Source of the DNA: a virus | Taxonomy: Duplodnaviria; Heunggongvirae; Uroviricota; Caudoviricetes | Reading direction: 5' to 3' (one strand) | IMG/VR virus record: IMGVR_UViG_3300029288_000059 | Coordinates: 32,001-96,000 of that record | Length of the DNA stretch: 64,000 bases | Shown: positions 31,271-40,827 of the stretch, one piece after another | Position numbering within the stretch: the stretch's first letter is position 1 | How the letters are laid out: every line of letters starts with the position of its first letter | The notes under the pieces: generated by a model | The model's database searches: none | Told to the model about the DNA's origin: nothing | The model's input: only the letters and a program-made list of their open reading frames with translations | Translations under genes and position numbers: made by a program

Positions 31271-31527
31271 AAATTAATAACTTATATGAAGAAATAGTTG
31301 AAGATGGGAAATTAGTTATCGTGATAACTAAAGGCCCTCATACAAATACAAGATTGATAATTAAAGATATGGTAATGGATAATGACGGGGTTGATTGTAC
31401 TGTCGATTACGAATATAAGGCAACGCACAACCCTAGTTTAAAACTTTATCAATCAATACTATCAAATGTTATTAATGATATGTTACTAAAATCGATTAAT
31501 GAAGTTGAACATAAGATGAGTGAGTAA
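31267..31527 (+). CDS. Hypothetical protein
   Basis: ATGA-coupled ORF. Confidence 0.5.
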   Translation: MKINNLYEEIVEDGKLVIVITKGPHTNTRLIIKDMVMDNDGVDCTVDYEYKATHNPSLKLYQSILSNVINDMLLKSINEVEHKMSE

Positions 31528-31783
31528 ATTAATGTATCGATTCTTGGAATCTTATTTTAGTGAACGGATGTATTGTGATGAACGTACCGTATTTAGATGT
31601 GATAAGAACAAAACATTATCTACTAGTTTATACGTTCGTAATATAACAGATGGTTCGTGTAGTAACATAATATATAGAAAGACATTTAGCGTTGACTTTA
31701 ATACAACATATAATTTAGATTCAAACTATAAGTATTCACTAAGAGTATTATCATATTTAAAAGGTAGAGTTGAACTCGGCTAG
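31520..31783 (+). CDS. LEPY-family protein
   Basis: MYRFLESY; NIIYR; YKY. Confidence 0.6.
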   Translation: MSKLMYRFLESYFSERMYCDERTVFRCDKNKTLSTSLYVRNITDGSCSNIIYRKTFSVDFNTTYNLDSNYKYSLRVLSYLKGRVELG

Positions 31784-31988
31784 GCAATATAAGGATATTG
31801 AAATGAAAGTAATACTATGCACGTTATTAATGTTTATACCCTCAACAACCTCTATACTCGCAGCTGCATGGCTGTCTTATCATGATAAGACAGGATGGGG
31901 GTGGTTTATATTTACTGCAATATTAACTTATGGTGGTAGTATTAAATTTTCAGACGATAAGACGGATAATAGTGATGATGCAAATTAG
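31770..31988 (+). CDS. Small membrane protein
   Basis: Two hydrophobic segments; GWGWFIF. Confidence 0.55.
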   Translation: MNSARQYKDIEMKVILCTLLMFIPSTTSILAAAWLSYHDKTGWGWFIFTAILTYGGSIKFSDDKTDNSDDAN

Positions 31989-32238
31989 AGGTCTTGAACC
32001 ATACAAAGATGTTCCAACAATATGTGATTGGTTATGGGATTACGAAGTAATATACATATCGACAAGAATTACGGACAGTAATAGGATATCAAGATATCCT
32101 AATAATAATATGAGTATTTCAAAACATAACATACAGTTTTCTATGGAGGCCGATAGAACATATATTATAACATCAAAGTATTATCCTTCAATGACAGCTG
32201 AAAAATACAGAATTAAACAAATAATGCTACATGATTAG
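31975..32238 (+). CDS. LEPY-family protein
   Basis: MMQIRGLEPY. Confidence 0.6.
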   Translation: MMQIRGLEPYKDVPTICDWLWDYEVIYISTRITDSNRISRYPNNNMSISKHNIQFSMEADRTYIITSKYYPSMTAEKYRIKQIMLHD

Positions 32239-32442
32239 TACTGTTAAGTTATCTTCTTTACCAATATCAGTCACTCTATCTTTATAACCCTTATAATATT
32301 TAAACTTAATATTAGTAGACATATTAAAACGAGCAATACAACGTTCAAACTTAAGAATTACATCTATGTCGTAAGGGAATGGTAATATGTATCGGTCTTC
32401 TCGCATTGACATACATGGTTCGATATTTCGGTATTGCCTCAT
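32227..32442 (-). CDS. LEPY-family protein
   Basis: MRQYRNIEPC; KFKYYKG. Confidence 0.55.
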   Translation of the reverse strand: MRQYRNIEPCMSMREDRYILPFPYDIDVILKFERCIARFNMSTNIKFKYYKGYKDRVTDIGKEDNLTVLIM

Positions 32443-32756
32443 TATAACCACCATTGTTTGTTTAAATCATAAGAACTAATGTGATGCGTTCTATGTGGGG
32501 AAGTGCGTTTTATCTCTATCTTTTTTTGAAATTGTTTCATTGCTTCACGTAATATACAATCGTCTAAGAATCGTTCAAACTGTATTAATTCAATTTTGTT
32601 CGGTGAGTATTTGGTAGCGATAGGAGATGAGTTATATACATAGTTACGACTAATGACGGACTCACATTTGGTTATGCTTATTCCAACGTTACCCTTATAA
32701 CTATATTTTTCTAGTAATATAGCATCATCAGTTATTGAGATTGTACGATAGGTCAT
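32442..32756 (-). CDS. Hypothetical protein, possibly degenerate LEPY-family member
   Basis: MTYRTI start and VISRN; lies inside the LEPY array. Confidence 0.45.
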   Translation of the reverse strand: MTYRTISITDDAILLEKYSYKGNVGISITKCESVISRNYVYNSSPIATKYSPNKIELIQFERFLDDCILREAMKQFQKKIEIKRTSPHRTHHISSYDLNKQWWL

Positions 32757-32764
32757 AACTACTC

Positions 32765-33142
32765 CTAATAATTGTAGTTGATATTATTAATTATAATAGT
32801 ACCTTTATCCTCGGGTGGGGTATTAAAATCCCATCCTCGAAAAATCCTACCAACGTATAATGGACAACCATCGATTGTCCCTATATGATTATCTTGACAT
32901 ATAAAGTCACCACCTACATAACGAGGACTACCCGTTAGTGAATATAATTCTATATGATTACATATAAACGTACCACTCACATATTTGAAATGTGGTAGTT
33001 GGTATTTCGTATCCATTATAACAGTCCCACGGTCGATAATATTATACAATGCACAATCATTGTATACTGTAATGCTTAATTCCCCCGTCCGTACTGATGA
33101 GTATGAGTAATTGTCATTGTATGGTTCTAAGTTTCTATTCAT
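32765..33142 (-). CDS. LEPY-family protein with LRR-like repeats
   Basis: MNRNLEPY; NIIDR; LPHFKYVSG; SLTGSPRYVGGDFIC. Confidence 0.75.
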   Translation of the reverse strand: MNRNLEPYNDNYSYSSVRTGELSITVYNDCALYNIIDRGTVIMDTKYQLPHFKYVSGTFICNHIELYSLTGSPRYVGGDFICQDNHIGTIDGCPLYVGRIFRGWDFNTPPEDKGTIIINNINYNY

Positions 33143-33542
33143 TTATAAATTCACCACTAATAGTAACTCCTTCAGACGAGGTAATATAGTTATGGAAATA
33201 ATTTAAACTACCACCTACATAGATAGGACAATATTTTAAACTTGTTAATTGGTTATTATCACAATCAAAATCTCTACCCACATAAATCGGACAACCCTTT
33301 AAACTTGTTAGTTTCATGTTACTACAAGTAAAGTCACCACCTACATAGATAGGGCATCCCTTTAAACTTGTTAATTGGTGATGATAACAAGCGAAATCGC
33401 CACGGGCATACTTGAAATGTGGTAATGTTTTAACCCCTGAATCATTCAAGTATTCATTATCACGAGTAATAATGTTAACATCACTAACTCGATATTTAAT
33501 AGATCTAACATCTGAACGGTATGGGTTAAGTTGTCTATTCAT
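33135..33542 (-). CDS. LEPY-family protein with three LRR-like repeats
   Basis: MNRQLNPY; NIITRD; LPHFKY; 3x LTSLKxCPIYVG. Confidence 0.8.
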   Translation of the reverse strand: MNRQLNPYRSDVRSIKYRVSDVNIITRDNEYLNDSGVKTLPHFKYARGDFACYHHQLTSLKGCPIYVGGDFTCSNMKLTSLKGCPIYVGRDFDCDNNQLTSLKYCPIYVGGSLNYFHNYITSSEGVTISGEFINE

Positions 33543-33960
33543 TTTGAAAACGACCTATGATTTTAATATTACGTGGTCTCTTCAAACTAATTCGATTGTC
33601 GTAACATGAAAATACATTACCTACATACTTAGGACTATATTTTAAATCAATTAAGTCATTGTTGTTACAAGTGAAATTACCTCCAACATACAACGGTGCA
33701 TATTGTAATGTTGTTAAATTATTTATATCACAATCAAAATCTCTACCCACATAGATTGGACTACCCTTTAAACTTGTTAGTTTCATTCCACTACAAGTAA
33801 TAAACCCCGCAACATATTTAAAGTTAGGTAGTCTATCATTATGTAATGTACAAGAACCTCTAATAATCATATTCGTAAATCCATCCATCCTATCGTATAA
33901 ACGAGTTAATGGTGATGAATTGCATTCTAATTGAGTATATGGTTCTAAGTCTCTATTCAT
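33535..33960 (-). CDS. LEPY-family protein with three LRR-like repeats
   Basis: MNRDLEPY; NMIIRG; LPNFKYVAG; repeats; IIGRFQNE C-cap. Confidence 0.8.
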   Translation of the reverse strand: MNRDLEPYTQLECNSSPLTRLYDRMDGFTNMIIRGSCTLHNDRLPNFKYVAGFITCSGMKLTSLKGSPIYVGRDFDCDINNLTTLQYAPLYVGGNFTCNNNDLIDLKYSPKYVGNVFSCYDNRISLKRPRNIKIIGRFQNE

Positions 33961-34351
33961 TTTGAAAGTTACCCAATATTGTTATATGAACGGGGTGTGA
34001 TAGTTTTATTTTATTATTATAGCAATAGAATCCTCGTCCTGTATATAGAGGACTGTAATCCAAATTAGTTAATTGGTTATCCTCACAATGAAACCCACCA
34101 CCTACATAAATCGGGCAACCTTCTAAACTGGTTAATTGATTATCGTTACAGGTGAAATGACTACTCACATATTTAAATAGGGGTAGGGAATTCCCGTCTG
34201 CACGACAGTACCCTCTAATGATAATATTATTACTACCATTTAGACGAAGATAATAGTTTTGTTGTATATTATAATCGGATTCACATCTCCATTCTATTTT
34301 ACTATATGGCTCTAGTTTCCGTTTATATGGATTTATATAACTTTTCTTCAT
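33953..34351 (-). CDS. LEPY-family protein with two LRR-like repeats
   Basis: KRKLEPY; NIIIRG; LPLFKYV; NQLTSLEGCPIYVGG. Confidence 0.8.
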   Translation of the reverse strand: MKKSYINPYKRKLEPYSKIEWRCESDYNIQQNYYLRLNGSNNIIIRGYCRADGNSLPLFKYVSSHFTCNDNQLTSLEGCPIYVGGGFHCEDNQLTNLDYSPLYTGRGFYCYNNKIKLSHPVHITILGNFQNE

Positions 34352-34550
34352 ATATTAATGAACTCAATCTTGTATATGGTTCTTGTACTTATTAAATTTC
34401 TTACAGTATTTAATCCGTTTGAATGCATTGAAGTCATCAACCCCACGCCCTCATAACTACTAATGTTAATTAACAGTTAATTAAACTTAATTTAACCTAT
34501 CATTATTAATTTAACAAGACGGTATTTTTATAAATATAACAAATAATGAA

Positions 34551-35174
34551 TTGGAGTACAAGAACATGAGTATGAATCGTCAACAAAGATATACATATAC
34601 AATAACTTTAACCGATACAGATATCATCGGTTCGACTGTTGGATTCGTTACTAATAAGAAGATATGGCAGTATGATACGTTCACAACGGTTAAACCATTT
34701 ACTCCTGGTACTAATATACCAACATCAACCGCGATTTCAACAATGTTATCCGCTAGTAATTTTAGATGGAATCAAATATTAAAAAACATTGGATTTAATG
34801 CAATGCCTATATTAATTGGCAATGTCGTTACTAGTTCAATGACGATAGACACTTGTCCATCAACGATTACATTTGATGTAGTATATGAGAATGTTGACTA
34901 TATAACATATCCAGATAGTTTTAATGACGGGGTTGTCTTAACCGGTGTTGATGCAATAAAGAGAATGGTTTCTCTTGTATTAGCTAACCAATATTCACAA
35001 CAACTTTGTGAAGTGTTTAATGCCACTTTAGATGATTTAAATCGTCCATACGGGGTTAGTACTATTAAGATTGATATATTACCAATAGTAACTGGTTCAA
35101 CACTAGAAGCCCGTGTAACGGCATTAGAAACTAATAATATAACAGTTACCGTGGTCAAGGAAGAGATTATCTAG
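34551..35174 (+). CDS. Probable virion structural protein
   Basis: TATAAATA at 34529-34536; Thr-rich; true start probably the ATG near 34567 after GGAG. Confidence 0.5.
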   Translation: MEYKNMSMNRQQRYTYTITLTDTDIIGSTVGFVTNKKIWQYDTFTTVKPFTPGTNIPTSTAISTMLSASNFRWNQILKNIGFNAMPILIGNVVTSSMTIDTCPSTITFDVVYENVDYITYPDSFNDGVVLTGVDAIKRMVSLVLANQYSQQLCEVFNATLDDLNRPYGVSTIKIDILPIVTGSTLEARVTALETNNITVTVVKEEII

Positions 35175-35459
35175 TTACAAAATGTTATTCATTACGGGGT
35201 GATTTATTTTTAATTCATTTGAGTCACTTTCCGTAAATTGTGATACTCTACCTTCATCATGCCATACTCTTAATGCATATAAACATTTTGTCGTACTAGT
35301 TAATAAAACGTATGTTTCATGGTTATTAGTATTTTTTAATATAATGTTAAGAGTATCACCATATGCAACGCATTGATTCCAGGTATTCCACCATAAGTTA
35401 GGATTACCTGTTTCTACTTGTAACTCACCCCGTTCTTCTTCTGGTCTAAACATAATCAT
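35175..35459 (-). CDS. Hypothetical early protein
   Basis: GGAGG RBS; TTGACT-N16-TATAAT on minus strand at 35508..35481. Confidence 0.55.
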   Translation of the reverse strand: MIMFRPEEERGELQVETGNPNLWWNTWNQCVAYGDTLNIILKNTNNHETYVLLTSTTKCLYALRVWHDEGRVSQFTESDSNELKINHPVMNNIL

Positions 35460-35562
35460 TCCTCCATAATATATTTTTATATTATAACAAACTTTAGCTT
35501 AAAGTCAAGTAGTTGACTTTTATATTTGTATAATCTATTATGTTGAAACTGGAGATGACGGA

Positions 35563-37067
35563 TGTTATTTAACATCATATAATCTATTACATTTTATAAC
35601 AAAATACAACATTATTTGTATATAAAACATATTGACTGACTTATTAATTTAGTACATAATAACGTTAAATAATAAGGAATTTATATGATACGTACAAGTA
35701 CTCATTCTATACAAGACAGCAATACAGGTAAGTTAAACAACTTGGCTATATTGCATAATGAGTACATACGGGTATGTACGCAACTGATTGATTATTGTTG
35801 GGATAATCCAGTTATTACTTCTTATACATCAAGTGATAACATAATACATACTACTACTTTTGACGTATCACGTAATTTATTTGACTTGCCTGTATTTTTA
35901 CCAACTAACATAACAAAACTAGCCAAAATTGATACCTTTTTAACGGGTAAATCCCTTAAAAGTATCATTACTAAAGTGAATGGTATGCTTAAAGCAAGTA
36001 CTATTAAACAAAGAAAACGCATATACCAATATAATAAATTAAAGCAAGAGGGATATACTAAAAAACAACTATCTTCCCTTATTAAGAAAATAAAACAAAA
36101 TATACCACAAAAGCCAAATTGTTCCAATATCAATATGGAATACGATACCAATTGTTGTAAATTCTATTATACTAATAAAAATAACAATGAATTCAATGGG
36201 TTTGATGGCTTTTTACGTCTTACCGCCATTACTAAAAGTAAGATGAATATATGTATTCCTATTAAGATGACTAAACATTCTAATAAATTTAAAGATATTG
36301 GAAAGATGAAGACTTCCTTCCTAATAACACCAAAGAAAGTAGATATTAGATGGGATATACCAACACCACAACTCTGCACAACTGGTGAAGTTGTTGGTGC
36401 GGACCAAGGACTGTTAGATGTATTGACCCTATCAGATAAACAAGTAACAACCAAAGTAGACATACATGGACATACGCAGAAATCCATTATAGACAAAGTA
36501 TGTAGGAAGAAAAGAGGAAGTAAGGCATTTAAACGTGCTAAACAACATCAAGTCAATTTTGTTAATTGGTCTATCAACCAACTCAATTTTGATAATGTTA
36601 AGCAAGTAAATTTAGAAGATATATGGAACATTAATTATAAGAAGAATTCATGTTCAATGCTAACGCATTGGCAGAATACTATTATCAGAGACAAGTTGTT
36701 GTCTGTTTGCGAGCTACTCGGGGTCCGAGTAATCAAACAGGCATCTACTTATAGAAGTCAAAGATGTAGTGCGTGTGGACAAGTGCGGAAGTCGAATCGG
36801 AAAGGCAAGCTCTATACCTGCCATAATTGTGGTTTAGATATGGATGCAGATTTAAATGCATCTATCAATCTAAGTATGGATTTACCTGAAATCCCGTGGA
36901 ATTTACGCAAACTTAATTTGAATAGAAAAGGGTTTTACTGGACAAAAGACGGGTTGTTTAGTGATAACACCTATCTAGATAGATTAAGCGATGGGAGTTT
37001 ACAGTCCCCATCTCCGAATAAACTTAAAACAATACAAAGTTAATAATGTATTGGTTTAGGTGACTGT
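35563..37067 (+). mobile_element. Non-autonomous IS607-type tnpB element 1
   Basis: Left end TGTTA(T/A)TTAAC..CATATAATCTATTAC shared with element 2; right end ..GTATTGGTTTAGGTGACTGT; TGT at both borders; removal restores GGAG-N7-ATG TTG AGA TAT TTA GAA CCT TAT. Confidence 0.85.
35685..37043 (+). CDS. tnpB: TnpB RNA-guided endonuclease
   Basis: RuvC GADQG / NLED / DADLNA all intact; CSACG and CHNCG zinc finger. Confidence 0.9.
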   Translation: MIRTSTHSIQDSNTGKLNNLAILHNEYIRVCTQLIDYCWDNPVITSYTSSDNIIHTTTFDVSRNLFDLPVFLPTNITKLAKIDTFLTGKSLKSIITKVNGMLKASTIKQRKRIYQYNKLKQEGYTKKQLSSLIKKIKQNIPQKPNCSNINMEYDTNCCKFYYTNKNNNEFNGFDGFLRLTAITKSKMNICIPIKMTKHSNKFKDIGKMKTSFLITPKKVDIRWDIPTPQLCTTGEVVGADQGLLDVLTLSDKQVTTKVDIHGHTQKSIIDKVCRKKRGSKAFKRAKQHQVNFVNWSINQLNFDNVKQVNLEDIWNINYKKNSCSMLTHWQNTIIRDKLLSVCELLGVRVIKQASTYRSQRCSACGQVRKSNRKGKLYTCHNCGLDMDADLNASINLSMDLPEIPWNLRKLNLNRKGFYWTKDGLFSDNTYLDRLSDGSLQSPSPNKLKTIQS

Positions 37068-37087
37068 TGAGATATTTAGAACCTTAT
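36985..37087 (+). ncRNA. 3' part of predicted omegaRNA (reRNA) plus flanking guide; 5' limit unknown
   Basis: Hairpins GATGGG..CCCATC and CAATAC..GTATTG; the second is conserved at all three right ends; guide = flank TGAGATATTTAGAACCTTAT. Confidence 0.6.
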
Positions 37088-37360
37088 AATTCAATACAAC
37101 GTACTCCTATTATACATTTAAAGAATACTAATATGATTAGTCGTGAATCCATATATGTTCGTTGGTATCATAATTCAATTAAATATATTGGTTCCGATGT
37201 ATACGTTAGAGAGGATGAATTTATAATTAACAATTACCCTCGATATATTGGCGGTAAATTAATGGTATCAGGAGTTAGTTATACATCGATGGTTAATGAT
37301 TTCACACGTTATATTAATGATCATGGTATCGTTATAATGAAAGGATTAAGTTTTGGTTAG
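37067..37360 (+). CDS. LEPY-family protein whose start codon was split by element 1
   Basis: (M)LRYLEPY; NMISR; IKYIG; YPRYIGG; may now start at TTG after AGGTG. Confidence 0.65.
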   Translation: MRYLEPYNSIQRTPIIHLKNTNMISRESIYVRWYHNSIKYIGSDVYVREDEFIINNYPRYIGGKLMVSGVSYTSMVNDFTRYINDHGIVIMKGLSFG

Positions 37361-37640
37361 GTATTTAGAGCCTTATATCCAACATATAGATATTAATGAT
37401 GTAGTTAGATATAAACGCTATATCTGTCGTAAGAACCTATCATTAGAAAAACTTAATATGGATAGTATATTATCAATCAAATATATTAACGGTAAATTGT
37501 ATTATAAATCATTAGACCAATGGAAGAATCACGATTTTACTTTTTATTGTAATACATTGGAATATCAGAACCTATGGTGTGATTACCCAACCATTTTTCT
37601 TGGAAGTAGATTTCATGAATGTGGTATAATCCATGTATAG
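37353..37640 (+). CDS. LEPY-family protein
   Basis: MVRYLEPY; IKYING. Confidence 0.65.
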   Translation: MVRYLEPYIQHIDINDVVRYKRYICRKNLSLEKLNMDSILSIKYINGKLYYKSLDQWKNHDFTFYCNTLEYQNLWCDYPTIFLGSRFHECGIIHV

Positions 37641-37899
37641 AAATTTAGAACCATACAAAAAAATAATACATAATAATAGTGAAGTTTATAGTACTTCCCA
37701 TGAGTATAAATTTACTTGTAAATCTATAGAACAGAAGTATAAGAATCAAGTATTGCGTTTTGATAGCTACTATTCCAGCGACATATATTACAATTTCTAT
37801 TTTGGTTATAGAATATTCAATAACGTAGGAATGGATAATCAACCATTGAAATATGGTACTAATATATTTGAACATATGGGCGTCTTTTTGGAACTGTAA
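37633..37899 (+). CDS. LEPY-family protein
   Basis: MYRNLEPY; NQVLR. Confidence 0.65.
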   Translation: MYRNLEPYKKIIHNNSEVYSTSHEYKFTCKSIEQKYKNQVLRFDSYYSSDIYYNFYFGYRIFNNVGMDNQPLKYGTNIFEHMGVFLEL

Positions 37900-37912
37900 T
37901 ATTGGGTCAACG

Positions 37913-38197
37913 ATGATTAGACTTCTTGAACCATACTTAACTTATAGTTTATCCCATAATAAATTAAGAGATATGCATTAGTATTCTTATAATTGTATTA
38001 CTAGTGGTAGTAAACAGATTCTGTGTAGTCACGAATTATGTTGTAATTTAATTCACCAAGTTACGATTATTCATAATGATAAACGTGATGATAGTGACTA
38101 TTATAGAATGTTTTTACGAATGAAGTATTTTAATATGAATTATAATGAACGCTCATACGAATTCGTTCATGTGAAACATTGTGATATAGGTCGTTAA
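37913..38197 (+). pseudogene. LEPY-family gene with in-frame TAG (37979-37981)
   Basis: MIRLLEPY...DMH* then the frame stays open for 71 more codons to TAA at 38195. Confidence 0.65.
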
Positions 38198-38904
38198 ATA
38201 ACCCCTTCATTACGATAGAATGTATATAACGTTTCAATCCATTCATCTTTGAGTGTATCAAATTCTTTACCATTAAAGACAAACTCTTGATATCCCCCTG
38301 TTCTATCGGCTATAAACAATACACCTTGATTTATATTTGTATCGTATAATTGATTATGTGCTATGGCGTATGCTGCGAGTTGTAACTGATACCCTTTAAT
38401 ATATTCTAGTTTTTTAGGTTTTTTTGTATTCTTATAGTCCATTATACTTGGAACACCTTTAAACGTCCCAATAAGGTCACTAGTACCAGCATAAAGCCCT
38501 TCCATATATAAACGGGCTTCACAGCCCCATACCTCCTGTACGTTGATTACCCCCTTATTTACGATGGCATTAGCTTGTAGTTGGGCAATCTTATATATCG
38601 CATTAGAATAATTAGGTATGGGTGTACCATTAACAACATATTCTTCTAACATTTCATGCATTAACGTACCTAGTTCAGATGCTTCTTTACCTTCACGCTC
38701 GGCTTGTTTGACACCAATACGTTTTTTCCATTCTTCTAAGAACGCATGGTCACTAGTTTCACCAAGTATCGTTGTAACTGAATGTATGTACTTATGAGTC
38801 TTAGGACATAGATATACCCGTCTACCCTTTGAATCAGTATTACGTTCGAATGTTGGATAGATATACTTATTAAGAATATGCATTATATAGGTTCCCAGTA
38901 ACAA
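38194..38904 (-). CDS. PD-(D/E)XK exonuclease
   Basis: SVTTIL, EWKKRIG, GTLMH..LE, YAGTSDL, DYK, QLAAYA.AHN. Confidence 0.85.
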   Translation of the reverse strand: MLLGTYIMHILNKYIYPTFERNTDSKGRRVYLCPKTHKYIHSVTTILGETSDHAFLEEWKKRIGVKQAEREGKEASELGTLMHEMLEEYVVNGTPIPNYSNAIYKIAQLQANAIVNKGVINVQEVWGCEARLYMEGLYAGTSDLIGTFKGVPSIMDYKNTKKPKKLEYIKGYQLQLAAYAIAHNQLYDTNINQGVLFIADRTGGYQEFVFNGKEFDTLKDEWIETLYTFYRNEGVI

Positions 38905-38967
38905 AATTAAATTTTGACTTACGTATGTAATATGTTAAAGTTAATTGAATTTAAAGGAGAAGTCAAA

Positions 38968-39339
38968 ATGTATATGATTAGCAAGACGGTTGAATTAGGA
39001 CATTCTATTTATACTGGTGGTTCTATCCGAATTGGTTTAGAATTCGATGATGTCGTAAATGATACAGATAAGGAATTTTATTCAAAGTTAATTGATTCAT
39101 TAGACCATACAATTATTACCATCGATGAATCAATTAAACAACAATCACGTAGATATTTTTTATTGAAGTCTTCATCTAATATTTTTTATGATATATGTTA
39201 TGTAATAACTAGTCTATTGAAAGATTCACCTAAGAGTAATAAGGAAAGATTTAAAATCCATATTGAATACGGGGATGAAACATATACGGGTGGGATGATA
39301 GTTGGTGAACATTTAATAAGTTATAATATAGAGGGTTAG
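38968..39339 (+). CDS. Degenerate QueD/T-fold-like protein
   Basis: MYMISKTVELGH start and IDSLDH motif resemble QueD; HxH absent; adjacent to queD. Confidence 0.4.
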   Translation: MYMISKTVELGHSIYTGGSIRIGLEFDDVVNDTDKEFYSKLIDSLDHTIITIDESIKQQSRRYFLLKSSSNIFYDICYVITSLLKDSPKSNKERFKIHIEYGDETYTGGMIVGEHLISYNIEG

Positions 39340-39342
39340 TAC

Positions 39343-39936
39343 ATGATTATTAGAAAACAGTTCAAATTTAATAATACTCACGTCGTTAGAAATTGTTCTA
39401 GTGAACGTTGTAAGCATAGTATTCATTCCCATACATATAAAGTAGAACTATTATTTGAAGCTCATGGTTTAGATAATGGTCATATGGTAATGGATTTTGG
39501 ATTAATGAAAGATAATATCAAAGATATTATTATGTCATTTAATAAATCTGTTACATATTGGGACAAAGACACTAGTGAATATATTGATTCTGTTAAAGGT
39601 GATAGGTGGATTAGTTTACCAGTGAATCCATCAGCTGAACAAATAAGTAGAGTTATATTCATGCTAGTAAACTCAATTATTAGTAAGACTGAGTTTGCTA
39701 ACGGTGAATGTACTCCTATTGTAAATTCTGTAATTGTACACGAGACAGAAACAGGATATGCACAGTGCTTTAGAGAAGATGTTACTAATCCTAATATGGG
39801 AACTATAACACTTGATACAATTATAGTTTCCGATGGGGTCGCGTCTTCTTGGAAAGATAAAGACTTATATAACAAGATTAAGTCTAGTAATCGTATTGAG
39901 TTCATTAATGTTAAACCGTTGATTCAGGTACAATAG
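39343..39936 (+). CDS. queD: 6-carboxy-5,6,7,8-tetrahydropterin synthase (long QueD type)
   Basis: IIRKQFKF...HVVRNCSSERCKHSIHSHTY, MVMDFG, NPSAEQ, VHETETGYA. Confidence 0.85.
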   Translation: MIIRKQFKFNNTHVVRNCSSERCKHSIHSHTYKVELLFEAHGLDNGHMVMDFGLMKDNIKDIIMSFNKSVTYWDKDTSEYIDSVKGDRWISLPVNPSAEQISRVIFMLVNSIISKTEFANGECTPIVNSVIVHETETGYAQCFREDVTNPNMGTITLDTIIVSDGVASSWKDKDLYNKIKSSNRIEFINVKPLIQVQ

Positions 39937-40242
39937 ATGAATAGTAGAGATATCATACTTGAGAATAGTTTTAATGAACTAGTTCGTTATATGGAAGAAG
40001 AAATCCCTAGTTACGAGTTTGTATCTGGAATTGAATACTTTAAGAAGATGACTGAGTTTCACGCCAATGATATGGACGCAGTAATTGCTTATGATACCAT
40101 TATACAGTTATATAATTGGTGGAAATATAAGAGACCTACTCGTCCCGAGCCATTAAATGTAACGGATATGGAATCTAATATGATGGAAGACAATGTAAAG
40201 TTCTCAAGTTTGGCTAGTGTTTGGAGTTGGTTATGGATTTAA
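39937..40242 (+). CDS. Hypothetical protein, paralog of next gene
   Basis: LYNWWKYKRPTRPEP vs VYKWWKLIRPYRQDP; both end in xW(I/V). Confidence 0.55.
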   Translation: MNSRDIILENSFNELVRYMEEEIPSYEFVSGIEYFKKMTEFHANDMDAVIAYDTIIQLYNWWKYKRPTRPEPLNVTDMESNMMEDNVKFSSLASVWSWLWI

Positions 40243-40817
40243 ATATTAGAGGGTATCGTTATAAACTATTCCCATTCACAGATGTAAAGATGGATATTGA
40301 CCATAACTATATGGATACTAGAGACCGTTTATTGTATTCACTAATGCAATGTGTGGTGGACTATGTTGAAGTCGAAAATGCAATGATGTATTTGTTTTGC
40401 TTTTCAGATGCGAAGAAAGAGTTATCATTAAAGGATAAGATATTCTATTATCTTCCTCTACCATTTAGAAGTGCTAAACTTGGTATGAAGTATTTAGAAG
40501 AAGAAATAAAAACCGATGATGTAAATGACTTTCAACGTATACGTGCCGAAGTAACATTAGAAGTATATAAATGGTGGAAGTTAATTCGTCCATATAGACA
40601 AGACCCATATACTGCATTTGACGAACCATTGGTTACTCCGATAATAAACAAAGTCAACCTTGATTTACCATTTACGGAAGTTTCATATACAGAAGAAGAA
40701 TCAAAGTTATTGAATGAACATTATAGTAAGATTAATGAATTGGAAACCAAGTATGACAAAGAAGATAATGAAATGATGCATAAGATTATTAATATTAGAC
40801 TTAGTATGTGGGTTTAG
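40221..40817 (+). CDS. Hypothetical protein
   Basis: DYVEVE, YKWWK..RP.R.DP, EDNEMM..II.IR..MW. Confidence 0.6.
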   Translation: MELVMDLNIRGYRYKLFPFTDVKMDIDHNYMDTRDRLLYSLMQCVVDYVEVENAMMYLFCFSDAKKELSLKDKIFYYLPLPFRSAKLGMKYLEEEIKTDDVNDFQRIRAEVTLEVYKWWKLIRPYRQDPYTAFDEPLVTPIINKVNLDLPFTEVSYTEEESKLLNEHYSKINELETKYDKEDNEMMHKIINIRLSMWV

Positions 40818-40827
40818 GGAGTAACAA

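Noticed and set aside
21819-34480. TGTTAATTAAC at about 21820 and 34464 matching the IS left end
   Set aside because: It is a short AT-only palindrome with no further end homology, plausible by chance.
35563-37067. IStron (group I intron fused to IS607)
   Set aside because: Only about 100-120 AT-rich nt lie between each left end and the first ORF, too short for an intron core.
38194-38904. Cas4 as part of a CRISPR adaptation module
   Set aside because: It lacks the Cas4 Fe-S cysteine cluster and has no cas1 or array nearby. It is an ordinary phage PD-(D/E)XK exonuclease.
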